The notes beneath the pieces are model-generated. The model saw only the letters and a program-made list of their open reading frames with translations. It was not told the DNA's origin and made no database searches. The translations under genes and the position numbers were made by a program. Below are positions 34,232 through 45,853 of a stretch of 64,000 nt of DNA, in pieces (the stretch's first letter is position 1; each line of letters begins with the position of its first letter). This DNA comes from Bacilli bacterium (GTDB lineage: Bacteria; Bacillota_I; Bacilli_A; RF39; UBA660): contig CAAGPL010000009.1 in assembly GCA_900771805.1 (NCBI GenBank), positions 2,168 through 66,167 of the forward strand, given 5' to 3'.

Positions 34232-36779
34232 AAAATATGATCATATAAAAGTTGAAGAAGGAAAGTATGCATCATGGCTTAAACATAATTATTTTAAAGC
34301 AGGAGATTTAACAAAAGAAGCTTTTTCAATTGTTATACCACCACCTAATGTAACTGGTAAATTACATTTAGGCCATGCTTGGGATACAACACTTCAAGAT
34401 ATTATAATTCGTTATAAAAAAATGGACGGGTATGATGCTTTATGGCTTCCAGGAATGGATCATGCAGCGATTGCAACCGAAGTAAAGGTAGTAGATAGAC
34501 TTAAAAAAGAAGGAATAAATAAGCGTGATTTAGGACGTGCGGGATTCTTATCCAAAGCTTGGGAGTGGAAGGATGAGTATGCAAAAACCATTAGAAGTCA
34601 GTGGGCTAAACTTGGTCTTGCTCTTGATTATTCAAGGGAGCGTTTTACTCTTGATGAGGGGTTAAATGACGCTGTAAACGAAGTATTTGTTAAGTATTAT
34701 AATGAAGGAATAATATATAGAGGAGAGAGAATAATAAACTGGGATCCAGTTCAAAAAACAGCTCTTTCTAATGAAGAAGTTATATATAAAGATATACCTG
34801 GTGCGTTTTATCACATTAAATACTTTATAGAAGGTAGTGATAAATATCTAGAAGTTGCAACAACAAGACCAGAGACATTGTTTGGAGATACTGCGGTTGC
34901 AGTTAATCCTAATGATGATAGATATAATAAATTAATTGGTAAAAACGTTATATTACCTATCGTTAATAAGCCAATTCCAATTGTTGGTGATCCTCATGCT
35001 GATATAGAATTTGGTACAGGGGTTGTTAAAATAACTCCAGCACACGATCCAAATGACTTTGAAGTTGGTAATCGTCATAATTTAGAGAGAATAGTAGTTA
35101 TGAATGAAGATGCTACTATGAATAGTAATGCCGGTAAATATGCTGGTATGGATAGATTTTCTTGCCGCGATGCTTTAATTCGTGATTTAAAAGAAGAAGG
35201 GCTACTTATTAAAATAGAAGAGATGACTCATAGTGTAGGACACTCTGAAAGAACAGGCGTTATGGTTGAACCTTATCTTTCTAAACAATGGTTTGTTAAA
35301 ATGAGAGCTTTAGCAGATAAAGTGTTAGAAAATCAAAAAGATGAAGTTAATAAAGTTAACTTTATACCACCTCGCTTTGAAAAAATTATGAATCATTGGA
35401 TGGAAATAACTTATGACTGGTGCATATCAAGACAGTTATGGTGGGGACATCAAATTCCAGCTTGGTATAAGGGTGATAAAGTATACGTTGGAAAAGAATC
35501 TCCTAAAGAAGATGGATGGATTCGTGATGAAGATGTTTTAGATACTTGGTTTTCATCAGCTCTATGGCCATTTAGTACACTTGGCTGGCCAAATAAGACA
35601 GATGATTTAAAAAGATATTTTCCAAATGATGTTTTAGTAACAGGCTATGATATAATTCCTTTTTGGGTTAATAGAATGGTATTTCAATCACTTAAGCTAA
35701 CTGGTAAAAGACCATTTAAAGACTGCTTAATACACGGACTTATTCGTGATAAAGAAGGAAGAAAAATGTCTAAATCATTAGGCAATGGAATAGATCCAAT
35801 GGATGTTATAGATAACTACGGAGCAGACTCACTTAGATGGTTTATAACAACTAATTCAGCACCTGGTCAAGATTTAAGATACGATGAAGATAAAGTTAAA
35901 TCTACATGGAATTTCATTAACAAAATATGGAATGCATCAAGATATGTTTTAATGAATACAGAAGATTTAAAAGAAATAGACTTATCAAACTTAACTTCTA
36001 GTGATAAATGGATTTTAACTAAGCTTAATAAAACAATTAAAAATGTAAGAAAAAACATGGATAAATATGACTTTAACATAGTAGGTAAAGAATTATATAA
36101 ATTTATTTGGGAAGATTTTTGCGATACATATATAGAATATAGTAAGGTATCAAGTGATAATATATCTACTAAGTCTTGCTTAATTTTAGTTTTAACAGAT
36201 ATTATAAAAATGCTTCATCCATTTATGCCTTATGTAACTGATGAGATATATAATTCATTACCGGTTAAAGATAGCGAAAATATAATATTATCAAGTTATC
36301 CTAAATACAATAAAGATATGATATATAAAGATGAAGAAAAAGAAATTGATATTTTAATAGAAGTAATTTCTAAATTACGTAATATAAAATTAGAAAATAA
36401 TATACCAAAAGGTTTTGGTCTTATTAATAAGTTTGAAAAAGAATATAAAGATATAATAGACAAAAATACTGAAATATTGACAAGACAATTAAAGTGTGAT
36501 ATTATATTATCTTCATTTGAAGGAGCAACAGAAAGCAGTGCATTGTTCCCATATGGTAGTATTGTATTATGTTATCAAGGATTAAAAAGTACTAAAGAAG
36601 AAAAAGAAGCTTTAGAAAAAGAAAAAGAAAGTTTAATATCAAGTATTGAAAGAAGAAGAAAATTACTTTCAAACGAAGGATATGTTAAAAATGCTCCTGA
36701 AAAAATAGTTAATTCTGAAAGAGAAAAACTAAAAGATGAGGAAAGTAAACTTAAAACTTTAGAAGAAAAGTTAAGATAG
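34221..36779 (+). CDS. valS: Valyl-tRNA synthetase
   Basis: PPPNVTGKLHLGHA (HIGH), KMSKSLGN (KMSKS), and a C-terminal coiled coil. Confidence 0.95.
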   Translation: MLDKKYDHIKVEEGKYASWLKHNYFKAGDLTKEAFSIVIPPPNVTGKLHLGHAWDTTLQDIIIRYKKMDGYDALWLPGMDHAAIATEVKVVDRLKKEGINKRDLGRAGFLSKAWEWKDEYAKTIRSQWAKLGLALDYSRERFTLDEGLNDAVNEVFVKYYNEGIIYRGERIINWDPVQKTALSNEEVIYKDIPGAFYHIKYFIEGSDKYLEVATTRPETLFGDTAVAVNPNDDRYNKLIGKNVILPIVNKPIPIVGDPHADIEFGTGVVKITPAHDPNDFEVGNRHNLERIVVMNEDATMNSNAGKYAGMDRFSCRDALIRDLKEEGLLIKIEEMTHSVGHSERTGVMVEPYLSKQWFVKMRALADKVLENQKDEVNKVNFIPPRFEKIMNHWMEITYDWCISRQLWWGHQIPAWYKGDKVYVGKESPKEDGWIRDEDVLDTWFSSALWPFSTLGWPNKTDDLKRYFPNDVLVTGYDIIPFWVNRMVFQSLKLTGKRPFKDCLIHGLIRDKEGRKMSKSLGNGIDPMDVIDNYGADSLRWFITTNSAPGQDLRYDEDKVKSTWNFINKIWNASRYVLMNTEDLKEIDLSNLTSSDKWILTKLNKTIKNVRKNMDKYDFNIVGKELYKFIWEDFCDTYIEYSKVSSDNISTKSCLILVLTDIIKMLHPFMPYVTDEIYNSLPVKDSENIILSSYPKYNKDMIYKDEEKEIDILIEVISKLRNIKLENNIPKGFGLINKFEKEYKDIIDKNTEILTRQLKCDIILSSFEGATESSALFPYGSIVLCYQGLKSTKEEKEALEKEKESLISSIERRRKLLSNEGYVKNAPEKIVNSEREKLKDEESKLKTLEEKLR

Positions 36780-36800
36780 TAAAATTAGGAGGTTTTTGTT

Positions 36801-37190
36801 ATGATGTATTGTATGGAAAGTTTAGCTAAAAGAAATTCTTTAAATGATGATATGGAAAAAGAATTTTATGATAAATTTTTAGCTAAATATGAAGATGAAG
36901 ACATTGATGATATTGTTATTGCTTGTGATATAACTGATAATGAGTTTTTAATTGAATGTATTTATGGTTCTAAATTCAAAGTTTCAGATAATAATAATGA
37001 AAAATATAATGAAATAAAAAGATATTTTGATATAGTTCAATTCTTTATATCTCTTGGAATAATAAAATGTGATGAAAAAACTTTAAGAGTATTTATAAAT
37101 ACTGAAAGACTTAGAAAGTTTAAAGAAGATGTTTATAAAGAAGATGAAAAAAGTATTGGTAATGCTTATACAAAAAAAGGGCTTAAATAA
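36801..37190 (+). CDS. Hypothetical acidic 129-aa protein
   Basis: SD AGGAGG precedes ATG 36801 and a strong terminator follows. I recognise no motif. Confidence 0.5.
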   Translation: MMYCMESLAKRNSLNDDMEKEFYDKFLAKYEDEDIDDIVIACDITDNEFLIECIYGSKFKVSDNNNEKYNEIKRYFDIVQFFISLGIIKCDEKTLRVFINTERLRKFKEDVYKEDEKSIGNAYTKKGLK

Positions 37191-37203
37191 AAGCCTTTTT
37201 TTT
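37175..37203 (+). terminator. Rho-independent terminator
   Basis: AAGGGCTT-aaataa-AAGCCTTT followed by a T-run. Confidence 0.8.
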
Positions 37204-37262
37204 GTACCTATTTTATATAATATATGATATAATAATTATTATGATAATAAGGATGTGTGAAT

Positions 37263-40200
37263 ATGAAATTAAAGGAATATTTAAATAAAAATAAATTTTT
37301 AAAATATAGCCTAATGTCTTTAAGTGGACTTTTAGTTTTTATAATATTTTTCACATTTTTAATTAATAATAATATTCTTAAGTTAAGAGGCGAAGTATAT
37401 AATTTAAAGGATAATAATGGGGTTTTACAATTTGAAATGAATGATGTTAAAGATTCTATAAAAGATGGTAAAACTTATATAGATATTGGTATGGAAGATA
37501 CTAAAACAATTAAGTTAATAGCTGACTTTAATGATACTGAAAGTGATAATAAAAAAATAGAATTTGAAATTGATGAAGGTTTAGTATATCGTTCTTATCC
37601 AACTCTTAATGTTATTGATAATGATATAGAAACTCAAATAAAAGAAAGTGATAATTTATATACAGCAGTAAAAAAAGTAGAAAGACCAATTATAGAGGAT
37701 CATTTATCTACACCTTCTGATATTTGGAAAAAAAGTGCTTATGGAAAGCTTACTTATTATATAAATAGTAATGTATCTAAAATAGAGATAAATATAAATA
37801 TAAAAATAGATCAACTTAAGTTCTATGAAAATAAGTTTATTGATGGTGCTATTAAAGTAAAGGCTTATAATAATGACAAAAACGTAGGTTCTATTGAAAA
37901 AAATGTTTTATATAATGGGAATGATAAATTTTCTATTAAAACAGTCCTTAGTACTGTTAATGGGTATACTCCTAAAATAGTTCCTTCTACTGATAAAAAT
38001 TCATATGGATTAACTTATTCTATAAATAATTATGCAAAATATGATTTTTCAAATGGTAGCGCAACTTATATTCCTTATTTTAAAAAGAAAATATATAAAA
38101 TATATCTTCCTGAAAAAACAACATTTGACATTAATGATCCTAATTGTTTTGTTAATACTTCATCCATATATAAACCTGATAGTGTTAGTTATGATGAAAG
38201 TCTTAATTTAGTTACAGTAACTTATAATTCTTATAAACCAATAAATTATGGTATAAATGTAAAATATAAAGTAGATTCAACTGATAAATATGGCATTTAT
38301 ACTGCTAAAGAAAAATCTAGTGTATCTTATGAACTTTATGATGGAAAAATAATAGAAAACGTAGCAGGTGATAAGTTTAGTGTAGAAATTATAGATCCTA
38401 AATTAGTATCTCAAAAATTAAATGTAACAGCATCTGATGTATATGAAGATGATAATGATGAAACATATATATTTGGTCCTATTTTTTTAATAGATAATAA
38501 AATTAGTTATGCAAATATTGAAGATACAGTTTTAGAATATAAAATAGATTCTAATTATGAAGCAGTTAAAGTAACATTTCCAAAACCACGTAATAGTAGA
38601 ATATATGATTTATATTATAAAACAAACAAAAATGATAATTGGAAAAAATATGAAAAAATAAATAATAATACAACTTTATTTACTATTTCTAAATATGATG
38701 TTGCTTTAGAAGAAGATGAATATTTTACTAGAGTAAAAGCAACTATTAGTGATTTTGAAAGTGGTTATTCATCAAGTGAGGCTGCACCAAAGAGAAATGA
38801 TAATGCAACAGTATATGGTAATTTAAAAAGTAATTATAAAGAAGCAAAAGTAGATTTTTATACATATATTAAAAATGAAGATTATGATGTATGTTATGAT
38901 GATATTTCAAATGACAGTTGTAAGTCATGGAATCATTTAAGTGGTAAAGTTATTTATACTAATGAAAATATAGCAGTACCAATGGCAAGCAATGTTTTAT
39001 TTAAATTTGATAAAATGTCAGTTTCAAATGGTGATAACTTTATAATTAATGGAACTTTAAAATTATTTACTATTTATCCATATGAAACAAGATTATATTT
39101 AGATAATACTAAAATATATTTAAGACAGCCTAAAGGATTAACTGTTAGTTTATCAAGTTTAAAAATAACAAATGAAATTGGTAAAAAATTAGATATACCT
39201 AGTGAAAATATAAAAAAGATGACAAATAATAATGGTGATATAATTTATGTTATTGATACTAATTATATGGTAGGTGGTTATTTTACATCTAAATTAAACG
39301 TAAAAAATTTAAATATAGAAGTAAAATATAACGTAAATAATGATTGTGATATTTCAAATATAAGATTAAATGAATTATTAACATGGGGAAGTGATAATTA
39401 TAACTATAGTAAAATTAATACCATAGTTGATATTCATGATATGAATTCAAATGGAAAAACAGATGATAGAATATTTGATACTTCAAGTCAAGCTATTTCT
39501 ATTTTGCAATCTAAAAGTGTGGTATTATCTACTAGTATAGAAAAAGAAGGAGAAATATCATTACCTTATGATCCTGAAAATAAAGATACTATTTTAAATT
39601 TATATTCTAAAGATTCATTTAGCTATAATATAAATATTAAAAATAATACTGATGGAGAAGTAAAAGATTATATTTTATATTTACCTATACCTAAAAGTGA
39701 ATATAATTTTGGATCTAAATTTCAGGATGAAGCTTTTACTTGGAATATGAAATTAACAAAAAAGCCTAAATTACCAGATGGATATAAAGTATTATATGCT
39801 ATTAATAAAACTAAATCAAAATCTATATCTTATGATGATTTAACATACGTAAGTGATATAAAAGATGAAGATTTAAAAGATGTTATAATGGTAAAAATTA
39901 TATCTAATAAAAAATTACTTAAAGGAGAAAAACAGAAATTAAATATTTCTTTAAGTTCATCTGAGTCTAGAGCTTCAAGTATAGAAAAATTAGGTAGTAT
40001 AAATATATGGAATCCGTTATCAATTTTAAATACAACTAGTATATCTGGTGAATTTAAAGGAAATAAGGTTGCAACAAAATTATTGTTTCCTGAGTTATCT
40101 GGAAGAATATTTCTTGATAATAATTTAAATGGTATTTATGATGAAGATATTGATAAAATAGTGTCAGCATCTAAAATAGAATTATATAAACTTAAAGATG

Positions 40201-41150
40201 ATAATTTATATGAACTAATCTCTTTAGATGGTGATATTTTAATAGATAATAAAACAGGTCAATATTATATTAATGATTCTAAGTATTTAAATGAAGGAAT
40301 TTACGCATTAAAGTTTACTTTACCTGATGAATATAATATTTTAGAAAATAACGTAATTGATAAATCTGGATGGATAAAAAATATTAAGGTAAATGGAATG
40401 CCTATTAATAACTTAAATGTTCCTTTATTAAAATATGATTTAGATTTTAATATAATAAAAGAAGAAATAGTTGCAAAAGATGAATCAGCTTTAATATCTA
40501 TAAATAATATATTACCTAGTTATTTTGATATTATAAAAGATGATATAAAAGCTTATTCTTGGAAGGTTAATGAAAATTATACTGATTATGTTGAAATAGA
40601 AGATAATAATGATTATAAAACAATTGTAAAAGGTTTAAAAGAAATTAATCAAGCACTACTTGAAGTAACTATTAATGATAAATATGGTAAAAAATTAACT
40701 AAGAATTTTTATGTTACTGTAAAAGAAGATGTAAAACCAGTTATAGAAGCTAGTGATGTATCACTATTTGTTAATGATAGGTTTGAATATGAAAAATATA
40801 TAAAAGAAGCATATGATTATAAAAATAGTAAAATATTACTTGATTTTAAATTAAATGGTAATGCAACATATCAAACAGATGCTGTAATAGAAAATGGTAT
40901 AGTAACAAAAGAAGGAACATATAAAATAAAATATACTGTAAGTGATAGATATGGAAATTATGGATATAAAGAAATTAATTTATATGTTAAAAAGAAGACT
41001 ATTAATGATGTTATAAATGATTCTATTAATACAATAACTAATCCAAAAACTTATGATAATATATTTACATATGTATATATATTAATAGGTTCAGCACTTA
41101 CTATTACTTTGATAATTTTTAATTTTATAAAACAAAAAGAACAAGACTAA
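37263..41150 (+). CDS. Large (about 1295 aa) surface adhesin-like protein with an SdrD B-like/Cna-B-type domain and a C-terminal anchor
   Basis: N-terminal signal anchor. GRIFLDNNLNGIYDEDIDKIVSASKIELYKL matches the SD-repeat B-domain signature. The C-terminus has NPKTYD, a 23-aa hydrophobic segment and a KQKEQD tail. Confidence 0.7.
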   Translation: MKLKEYLNKNKFLKYSLMSLSGLLVFIIFFTFLINNNILKLRGEVYNLKDNNGVLQFEMNDVKDSIKDGKTYIDIGMEDTKTIKLIADFNDTESDNKKIEFEIDEGLVYRSYPTLNVIDNDIETQIKESDNLYTAVKKVERPIIEDHLSTPSDIWKKSAYGKLTYYINSNVSKIEININIKIDQLKFYENKFIDGAIKVKAYNNDKNVGSIEKNVLYNGNDKFSIKTVLSTVNGYTPKIVPSTDKNSYGLTYSINNYAKYDFSNGSATYIPYFKKKIYKIYLPEKTTFDINDPNCFVNTSSIYKPDSVSYDESLNLVTVTYNSYKPINYGINVKYKVDSTDKYGIYTAKEKSSVSYELYDGKIIENVAGDKFSVEIIDPKLVSQKLNVTASDVYEDDNDETYIFGPIFLIDNKISYANIEDTVLEYKIDSNYEAVKVTFPKPRNSRIYDLYYKTNKNDNWKKYEKINNNTTLFTISKYDVALEEDEYFTRVKATISDFESGYSSSEAAPKRNDNATVYGNLKSNYKEAKVDFYTYIKNEDYDVCYDDISNDSCKSWNHLSGKVIYTNENIAVPMASNVLFKFDKMSVSNGDNFIINGTLKLFTIYPYETRLYLDNTKIYLRQPKGLTVSLSSLKITNEIGKKLDIPSENIKKMTNNNGDIIYVIDTNYMVGGYFTSKLNVKNLNIEVKYNVNNDCDISNIRLNELLTWGSDNYNYSKINTIVDIHDMNSNGKTDDRIFDTSSQAISILQSKSVVLSTSIEKEGEISLPYDPENKDTILNLYSKDSFSYNINIKNNTDGEVKDYILYLPIPKSEYNFGSKFQDEAFTWNMKLTKKPKLPDGYKVLYAINKTKSKSISYDDLTYVSDIKDEDLKDVIMVKIISNKKLLKGEKQKLNISLSSSESRASSIEKLGSINIWNPLSILNTTSISGEFKGNKVATKLLFPELSGRIFLDNNLNGIYDEDIDKIVSASKIELYKLKDDNLYELISLDGDILIDNKTGQYYINDSKYLNEGIYALKFTLPDEYNILENNVIDKSGWIKNIKVNGMPINNLNVPLLKYDLDFNIIKEEIVAKDESALISINNILPSYFDIIKDDIKAYSWKVNENYTDYVEIEDNNDYKTIVKGLKEINQALLEVTINDKYGKKLTKNFYVTVKEDVKPVIEASDVSLFVNDRFEYEKYIKEAYDYKNSKILLDFKLNGNATYQTDAVIENGIVTKEGTYKIKYTVSDRYGNYGYKEINLYVKKKTINDVINDSINTITNPKTYDNIFTYVYILIGSALTITLIIFNFIKQKEQD

Positions 41151-41231
41151 AATTTTAAGTTTTGTTCTTTTTCTTGATTATTATAATAATTTAATATATA
41201 CTTTTATTTAGGAAAAGGATAGTGTTATATT

Positions 41232-42929
41232 ATGAAACTTAAAAATGCTTATTTTTATACTTTAAGAGAAAATTCTAAAGATGAAGAATCTTTAAGTGGA
41301 AACCTTTTAACTAGAGGTGGTATGATAAAGAAAAGTTCATCTGGTGTTTATATGTATTTACCACTTGGTTATAAAGTAATTAAAAATATTGAAAAAATAA
41401 TAAGGGAAGAAATGGAAAATATTAATGCTGGTGAATTATTAATGCCAGCTTTAATACCTGAGGAGATATATATTGCATCAAAAAGACGTGATACATTTGG
41501 TAGTGATATGTTTTCTTTAAAAGATAGGTTTGATAAAGCATATGCTCTAGCACCAACTCATGAAGAGTTATTTACAATAGCAGCACAAGCAAAAGTTAAA
41601 TCATATAAAGATTTACCATTTAGTATTTATCAAATTCAGGATAAATTTAGAGATGAACCTAGATGTAGATATGGACTTATTAGAGTAAGAGAATTTTTAA
41701 TGAAAGATGCATATTCTTTTGATATGGATGAAAAAGGACTTAATGATTCATATAATAATATGTATAATGCTTATAAGAAAATTTTTACAAGGTTAGGAAT
41801 TAATTATAAGATAGTAAAATCAGATACTGGTTCTATGGGTGGTTTACTATCAGAAGAATTTCAAGCAATTACTTCAATTGGTGAAGACAAATTAGTTATA
41901 TGTGATAGTTGTGGATATGCTGCTAATAGTGATATTGCAAAGTGTACATTACTTACAAAGAAAAGTGATAGTGATATAAAAATAAGGGAACTTATTAAAA
42001 CTCCATCTGTAGGTACCATAGATGATGTTTCTAAATATTTAGAATGTGATAAAGAAGAAATTGTTAAGACATTAATATATAAAATAGATGGTAAGTTTTA
42101 TGCAGTTTTAATAAAAGGTAGTATGGAAGTAAATGAATCTAAATTAAAAAAACTTTTAAATGCTAATTGTGTTATATTAGCTAGTGTAGATGAAGTAGAA
42201 ACTGTTACACATGCTAAATTAGGGTTTGCAGGTCCTATAGGTCTTGATATTCCAATTATAATGGATTGTGAAGTTTCTGTTATGAGAAACTTTGTAGTAG
42301 GAGCTAATAAAACAGACTATCACTATAAAAATGTTAATTTAGAAGATTTTAATTATCTTATGATTGCAGATATAAGATGTATTACTTTAGATGATTGTTG
42401 CCCAGAGTGTGGTAAAAAGCTTGAATTTAAAAATGGTATAGAAATTGGAAATACATTTAAACTTGGAACTAAGTATTCCGAAAGTTTAGGCTTGACGTAT
42501 TTAAATAAAGAAAATGATAATGTTGCTGTATGGATGGGATGTTATGGTATTGGTCTTGGTAGATGTATGGCCGCTGTTGTTGAACAAAATAATGATTCTA
42601 AAGGAATAATTTGGCCTATTGAAATAGCTCCATTTAAAGTAGCTATAGTAGTTGTTAATACATTAGATAGTGCTCAAATGGATGCTGCTAATTATTTATA
42701 TAACGAACTTAAAAAAAATGGTATTTCAACTATATTGGATGATAGAGAAGAAAGGGTTGGAGTAAAGTTTAATGATATGGATTTAATAGGTATTCCAATT
42801 AGACTTACTATAGGAAATAAAATATCAGAACAAATAGTAGAAATAAAACAAAGAAAAAAAGAAGAATTTGAAGAAACTTCATTGTATGATGCTCTATCTA
42901 AGATTGAAGATATAATAGATGGTGATTAA
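41232..42929 (+). CDS. proS: Prolyl-tRNA synthetase (bacterial type with INS editing domain)
   Basis: Class II motifs (FRDE.R.R.GLIRVREF, GCYGIGLGR) and a YbaK-like insertion. Confidence 0.95.
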   Translation: MKLKNAYFYTLRENSKDEESLSGNLLTRGGMIKKSSSGVYMYLPLGYKVIKNIEKIIREEMENINAGELLMPALIPEEIYIASKRRDTFGSDMFSLKDRFDKAYALAPTHEELFTIAAQAKVKSYKDLPFSIYQIQDKFRDEPRCRYGLIRVREFLMKDAYSFDMDEKGLNDSYNNMYNAYKKIFTRLGINYKIVKSDTGSMGGLLSEEFQAITSIGEDKLVICDSCGYAANSDIAKCTLLTKKSDSDIKIRELIKTPSVGTIDDVSKYLECDKEEIVKTLIYKIDGKFYAVLIKGSMEVNESKLKKLLNANCVILASVDEVETVTHAKLGFAGPIGLDIPIIMDCEVSVMRNFVVGANKTDYHYKNVNLEDFNYLMIADIRCITLDDCCPECGKKLEFKNGIEIGNTFKLGTKYSESLGLTYLNKENDNVAVWMGCYGIGLGRCMAAVVEQNNDSKGIIWPIEIAPFKVAIVVVNTLDSAQMDAANYLYNELKKNGISTILDDREERVGVKFNDMDLIGIPIRLTIGNKISEQIVEIKQRKKEEFEETSLYDALSKIEDIIDGD

Positions 42930-42954
42930 AAATAGCATTTTTTGCTATTTTTTT
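42928..42954 (+). terminator. Rho-independent terminator after proS
   Basis: AATAGCA-ttttt-TGCTATT followed by a T-run. Confidence 0.75.
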
Positions 42955-43022
42955 CATTTTTTAATAAAATTCCGAGGGTTTATAAAACTTTTGACGAATA
43001 ATTATATTAGGAGGTATGTTTT

Positions 43023-44762
43023 ATGAATAAAATACCTTATGATGAAATTCTTAATATTCAAAGAAAAGTAAATATTGTAGATGTTATTCAAAATTACCTT
43101 CCAATTGAAAAAAAAGGTAAGAATTATTTTGCAATATGTCCTTTTCATGATGATCATAATCCAAGTCTTTCTATATCACCAGAAAAACAAATATATACAT
43201 GTTTTGTATGTGGAGCTTCTGGTAATGTGTTTAATTTTGTTATGAATTATGAAAATATAAGTTTTTCTTCTGCTGTTTTGAAAGTTGCTAATTTAGCAGG
43301 AATTAATATTGATATAAAACAAGATAATAAAGAACAAATAAGAGATACAAAATATGATTCATACTATAAAATATTTGATATAGCAAATAAGTATTATCAA
43401 AATAATTTAAATTCTAAATATGGTACTAAAGCTTTAGAATATTTAAAAAAACGTAATATTACAAAAGATATTATTAAAGAATTTGAAATTGGATTATCAC
43501 TAAATGATAATTTAATTAGTAAACTTTTAAGTTCTAAGGGATATAATTTGAACAGTTTAGAAGAATTAGGGTTATGTGGTATTAAAGATAAATTTTTATA
43601 TGATATTTTTAGAAATAGAATTATGTTTCCACTTAAAGATTCTTTAGGTAATGTAGTTGGATTTTCTGGAAGAATATATAATGGTGAAAATGATAGTAAG
43701 TATATCAATTCCAAGGAATCTGTTGTATTTAAAAAAGGAAAAACATTATATAACTATAAAAATGCTTTAAAAGAAGCTAAAGAACAAAAGCAAATAATAA
43801 TAGTTGAAGGTTTTATGGATGTTATAAGACTTTATACTATAGGAATTAAAAATGTAGTTGCAACTATGGGAACTGCAATAACAAAAGATCATGTATCACT
43901 TATTATGAAATTATCAAAAAATGTTGTTTTATTATTTGATGGTGATAAGGCTGGAGAAAAAGCAACTATAAGTGCTATAGATGAATTAAGTAAGGTAAAT
44001 ATTGAACCTAAAATAATAAGATTAGAAGATAACTTAGATCCTGATGATTATATTATAAAAAAGGGTAAGGATGCGTTTTTAATGCATCTTAATAATCCTA
44101 TTTCTAAGCTTGATTTTGTACTTAATATAAAAAGAAGTAAAACTGATTTTAAAGATTATAATGAAATATCTAATTATATAAAAGAAGCGGCTAAAGAAAT
44201 TAGTAAAATAGATGATAAGATAGTATATGAATTAACTATTAAAAGGTTAGCAAAAGAAACTTCAGTTGATATTGATACAATAAAAAATATTATAGGTAAT
44301 ATACCTTCTGATAAAAAAGAGATTATATATAAGCCAAAAAAAGTTAAAATGGATAAATATGAATTAGCGGAAAATTATCTTATACATTACATGTTAAGAG
44401 ATCCTAATGCTATTTTAGTTTATCAGAACAATGTTTCTTATTTATCTTTTAAGAATCTTAATTTATTAGCGCTTAAAATACTTGAATTTTATGAGAAAAA
44501 TGGTTATATTAATGTAACAGATTTTACTGTATTTTTAGAAGATGATGAAAGTTTAATTAATGAAGTTTTAAAAATTGATTCTATTAAATTACCAGACAAA
44601 GTAGATGTTAATGTTATAAAAGAATATATAAAAACAATAGATGATGGAATAATAAAAAAAGAAATAAAAAATATTAAAGAAAAAATAAGTGTAGAACAAG
44701 ATGTTGCAAAAAAAGTAATTTTATTAGAAAAACTTGCAATGTTAAAGAAGAGGGAGTGTTAA
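43023..44762 (+). CDS. dnaG: DNA primase
   Basis: Zinc ribbon [26 protein letters not shown] and TOPRIM motifs EGFMDV and LLFDGDKAG. Confidence 0.95.
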   Translation: MNKIPYDEILNIQRKVNIVDVIQNYLPIEKKGKNYFAICPFHDDHNPSLSISPEKQIYTCFVCGASGNVFNFVMNYENISFSSAVLKVANLAGINIDIKQDNKEQIRDTKYDSYYKIFDIANKYYQNNLNSKYGTKALEYLKKRNITKDIIKEFEIGLSLNDNLISKLLSSKGYNLNSLEELGLCGIKDKFLYDIFRNRIMFPLKDSLGNVVGFSGRIYNGENDSKYINSKESVVFKKGKTLYNYKNALKEAKEQKQIIIVEGFMDVIRLYTIGIKNVVATMGTAITKDHVSLIMKLSKNVVLLFDGDKAGEKATISAIDELSKVNIEPKIIRLEDNLDPDDYIIKKGKDAFLMHLNNPISKLDFVLNIKRSKTDFKDYNEISNYIKEAAKEISKIDDKIVYELTIKRLAKETSVDIDTIKNIIGNIPSDKKEIIYKPKKVKMDKYELAENYLIHYMLRDPNAILVYQNNVSYLSFKNLNLLALKILEFYEKNGYINVTDFTVFLEDDESLINEVLKIDSIKLPDKVDVNVIKEYIKTIDDGIIKKEIKNIKEKISVEQDVAKKVILLEKLAMLKKREC

Positions 44763-44764
44763 AT

Positions 44765-45853
44765 ATGAAAGAAATAAAAACGTTTGAACAAAGAAAAAAA
44801 GAATTAATTGAAAATGGTAAAAAAAAGGGAGTATTAACATATGAAGAACTTGCTGAAAATTTAAAAGGACTTGAGCTAGATAGTGATTCATTAGATGATT
44901 TATATAATGCTTTTCATGAAAATAATATTGAGATAATATCTGAAGATTTTGATGATGCTGATGATGGTGCTGATGATGGTGATGCATTATCCTTAGAAGA
45001 TGTTGCATTGCCTAAAAATGCAAGTATAAATGATCCTGTTAGAATGTATTTAAAGGAAATAGGAAAGATAAGTTTACTTAGTTTAGATGAGGAACTTGCA
45101 CTTTCTAAGAGGGTAGAAGAAGGCGATGAAGAAGCTAAAAAAACACTTGCAGAATCAAATTTAAGATTAGTTGTATCAATAGCAAAAAGATATGTTGGAA
45201 GAAATTTATCATTTCTAGATTTAATTCAAGAAGGAAATATTGGTCTTATGAAAGCAGTTGATAAGTTTGATGCATCAAAAGGATATAAGTTTTCAACATA
45301 TGCAACATGGTGGATAAGACAAGCTATAACTCGTGCTATAGCAGACCAAGCAAAGACTATTCGTGTTCCTGTTCATATGGTAGAGACTATTAATAAGTTA
45401 AAAAGAATACAAAGACAGATGACACTAGAACTTAATAGAGAACCAACAGAAGAAGAATTAGCTAAAAAGATGGGAACTACTGAAGAAAAAGTAAGAGAAA
45501 TATTTAAAATATCTCAAGATCCTTTATCACTAGAAACTCCAATTGGTGAGGAAGATGATTCTCATTTAGGTGATTTCCTTAAAGATGAAAGTTCTATGTC
45601 ACCAGAAGAATATGCAATAAATGAAGTATTAAAAGATGAAATACAAGAAGTATTATGTACACTTACTCCTCGTGAAGAAGAAGTATTAAAATTACGTTTT
45701 GGTCTTAAAGGTGGAACATGTCATACACTAGAAGAAGTAGGTAATATGTTTGGAGTAACAAGAGAAAGAATAAGACAAATTGAAGCAAAAGCTCTAAGAA
45801 AATTAAGACATCCTTCAAGATCTAGAAAATTAAAGGATTATTTAAGTGACTAA
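44765..45853 (+). CDS. sigA: Primary sigma factor SigA/RpoD
   Basis: Region 2 [17 protein letters not shown]...[18 protein letters not shown] and region 4 [28 protein letters not shown]. Confidence 0.95.
   Translation: MKEIKTFEQRKKELIENGKKKGVLTYEELAENLKGLELDSDSLDDLYNAFHENNIEIISEDFDDADDGADDGDALSLEDVALPKNASINDPVRMYLKEIGKISLLSLDEELALSKRVEEGDEEAKKTLAESNLRLVVSIAKRYVGRNLSFLDLIQEGNIGLMKAVDKFDASKGYKFSTYATWWIRQAITRAIADQAKTIRVPVHMVETINKLKRIQRQMTLELNREPTEEELAKKMGTTEEKVREIFKISQDPLSLETPIGEEDDSHLGDFLKDESSMSPEEYAINEVLKDEIQEVLCTLTPREEEVLKLRFGLKGGTCHTLEEVGNMFGVTRERIRQIEAKALRKLRHPSRSRKLKDYLSD

Noticed and set aside
44742-45008. 88-aa minus-strand ORF with a striking His/Gln-rich run ([12 protein letters not shown]).
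   Set aside because: It is the exact antisense of the acidic GAT/GAA-rich linker of sigA, which has unambiguous sigma-70 motifs. It has no SD and is a composition artefact.
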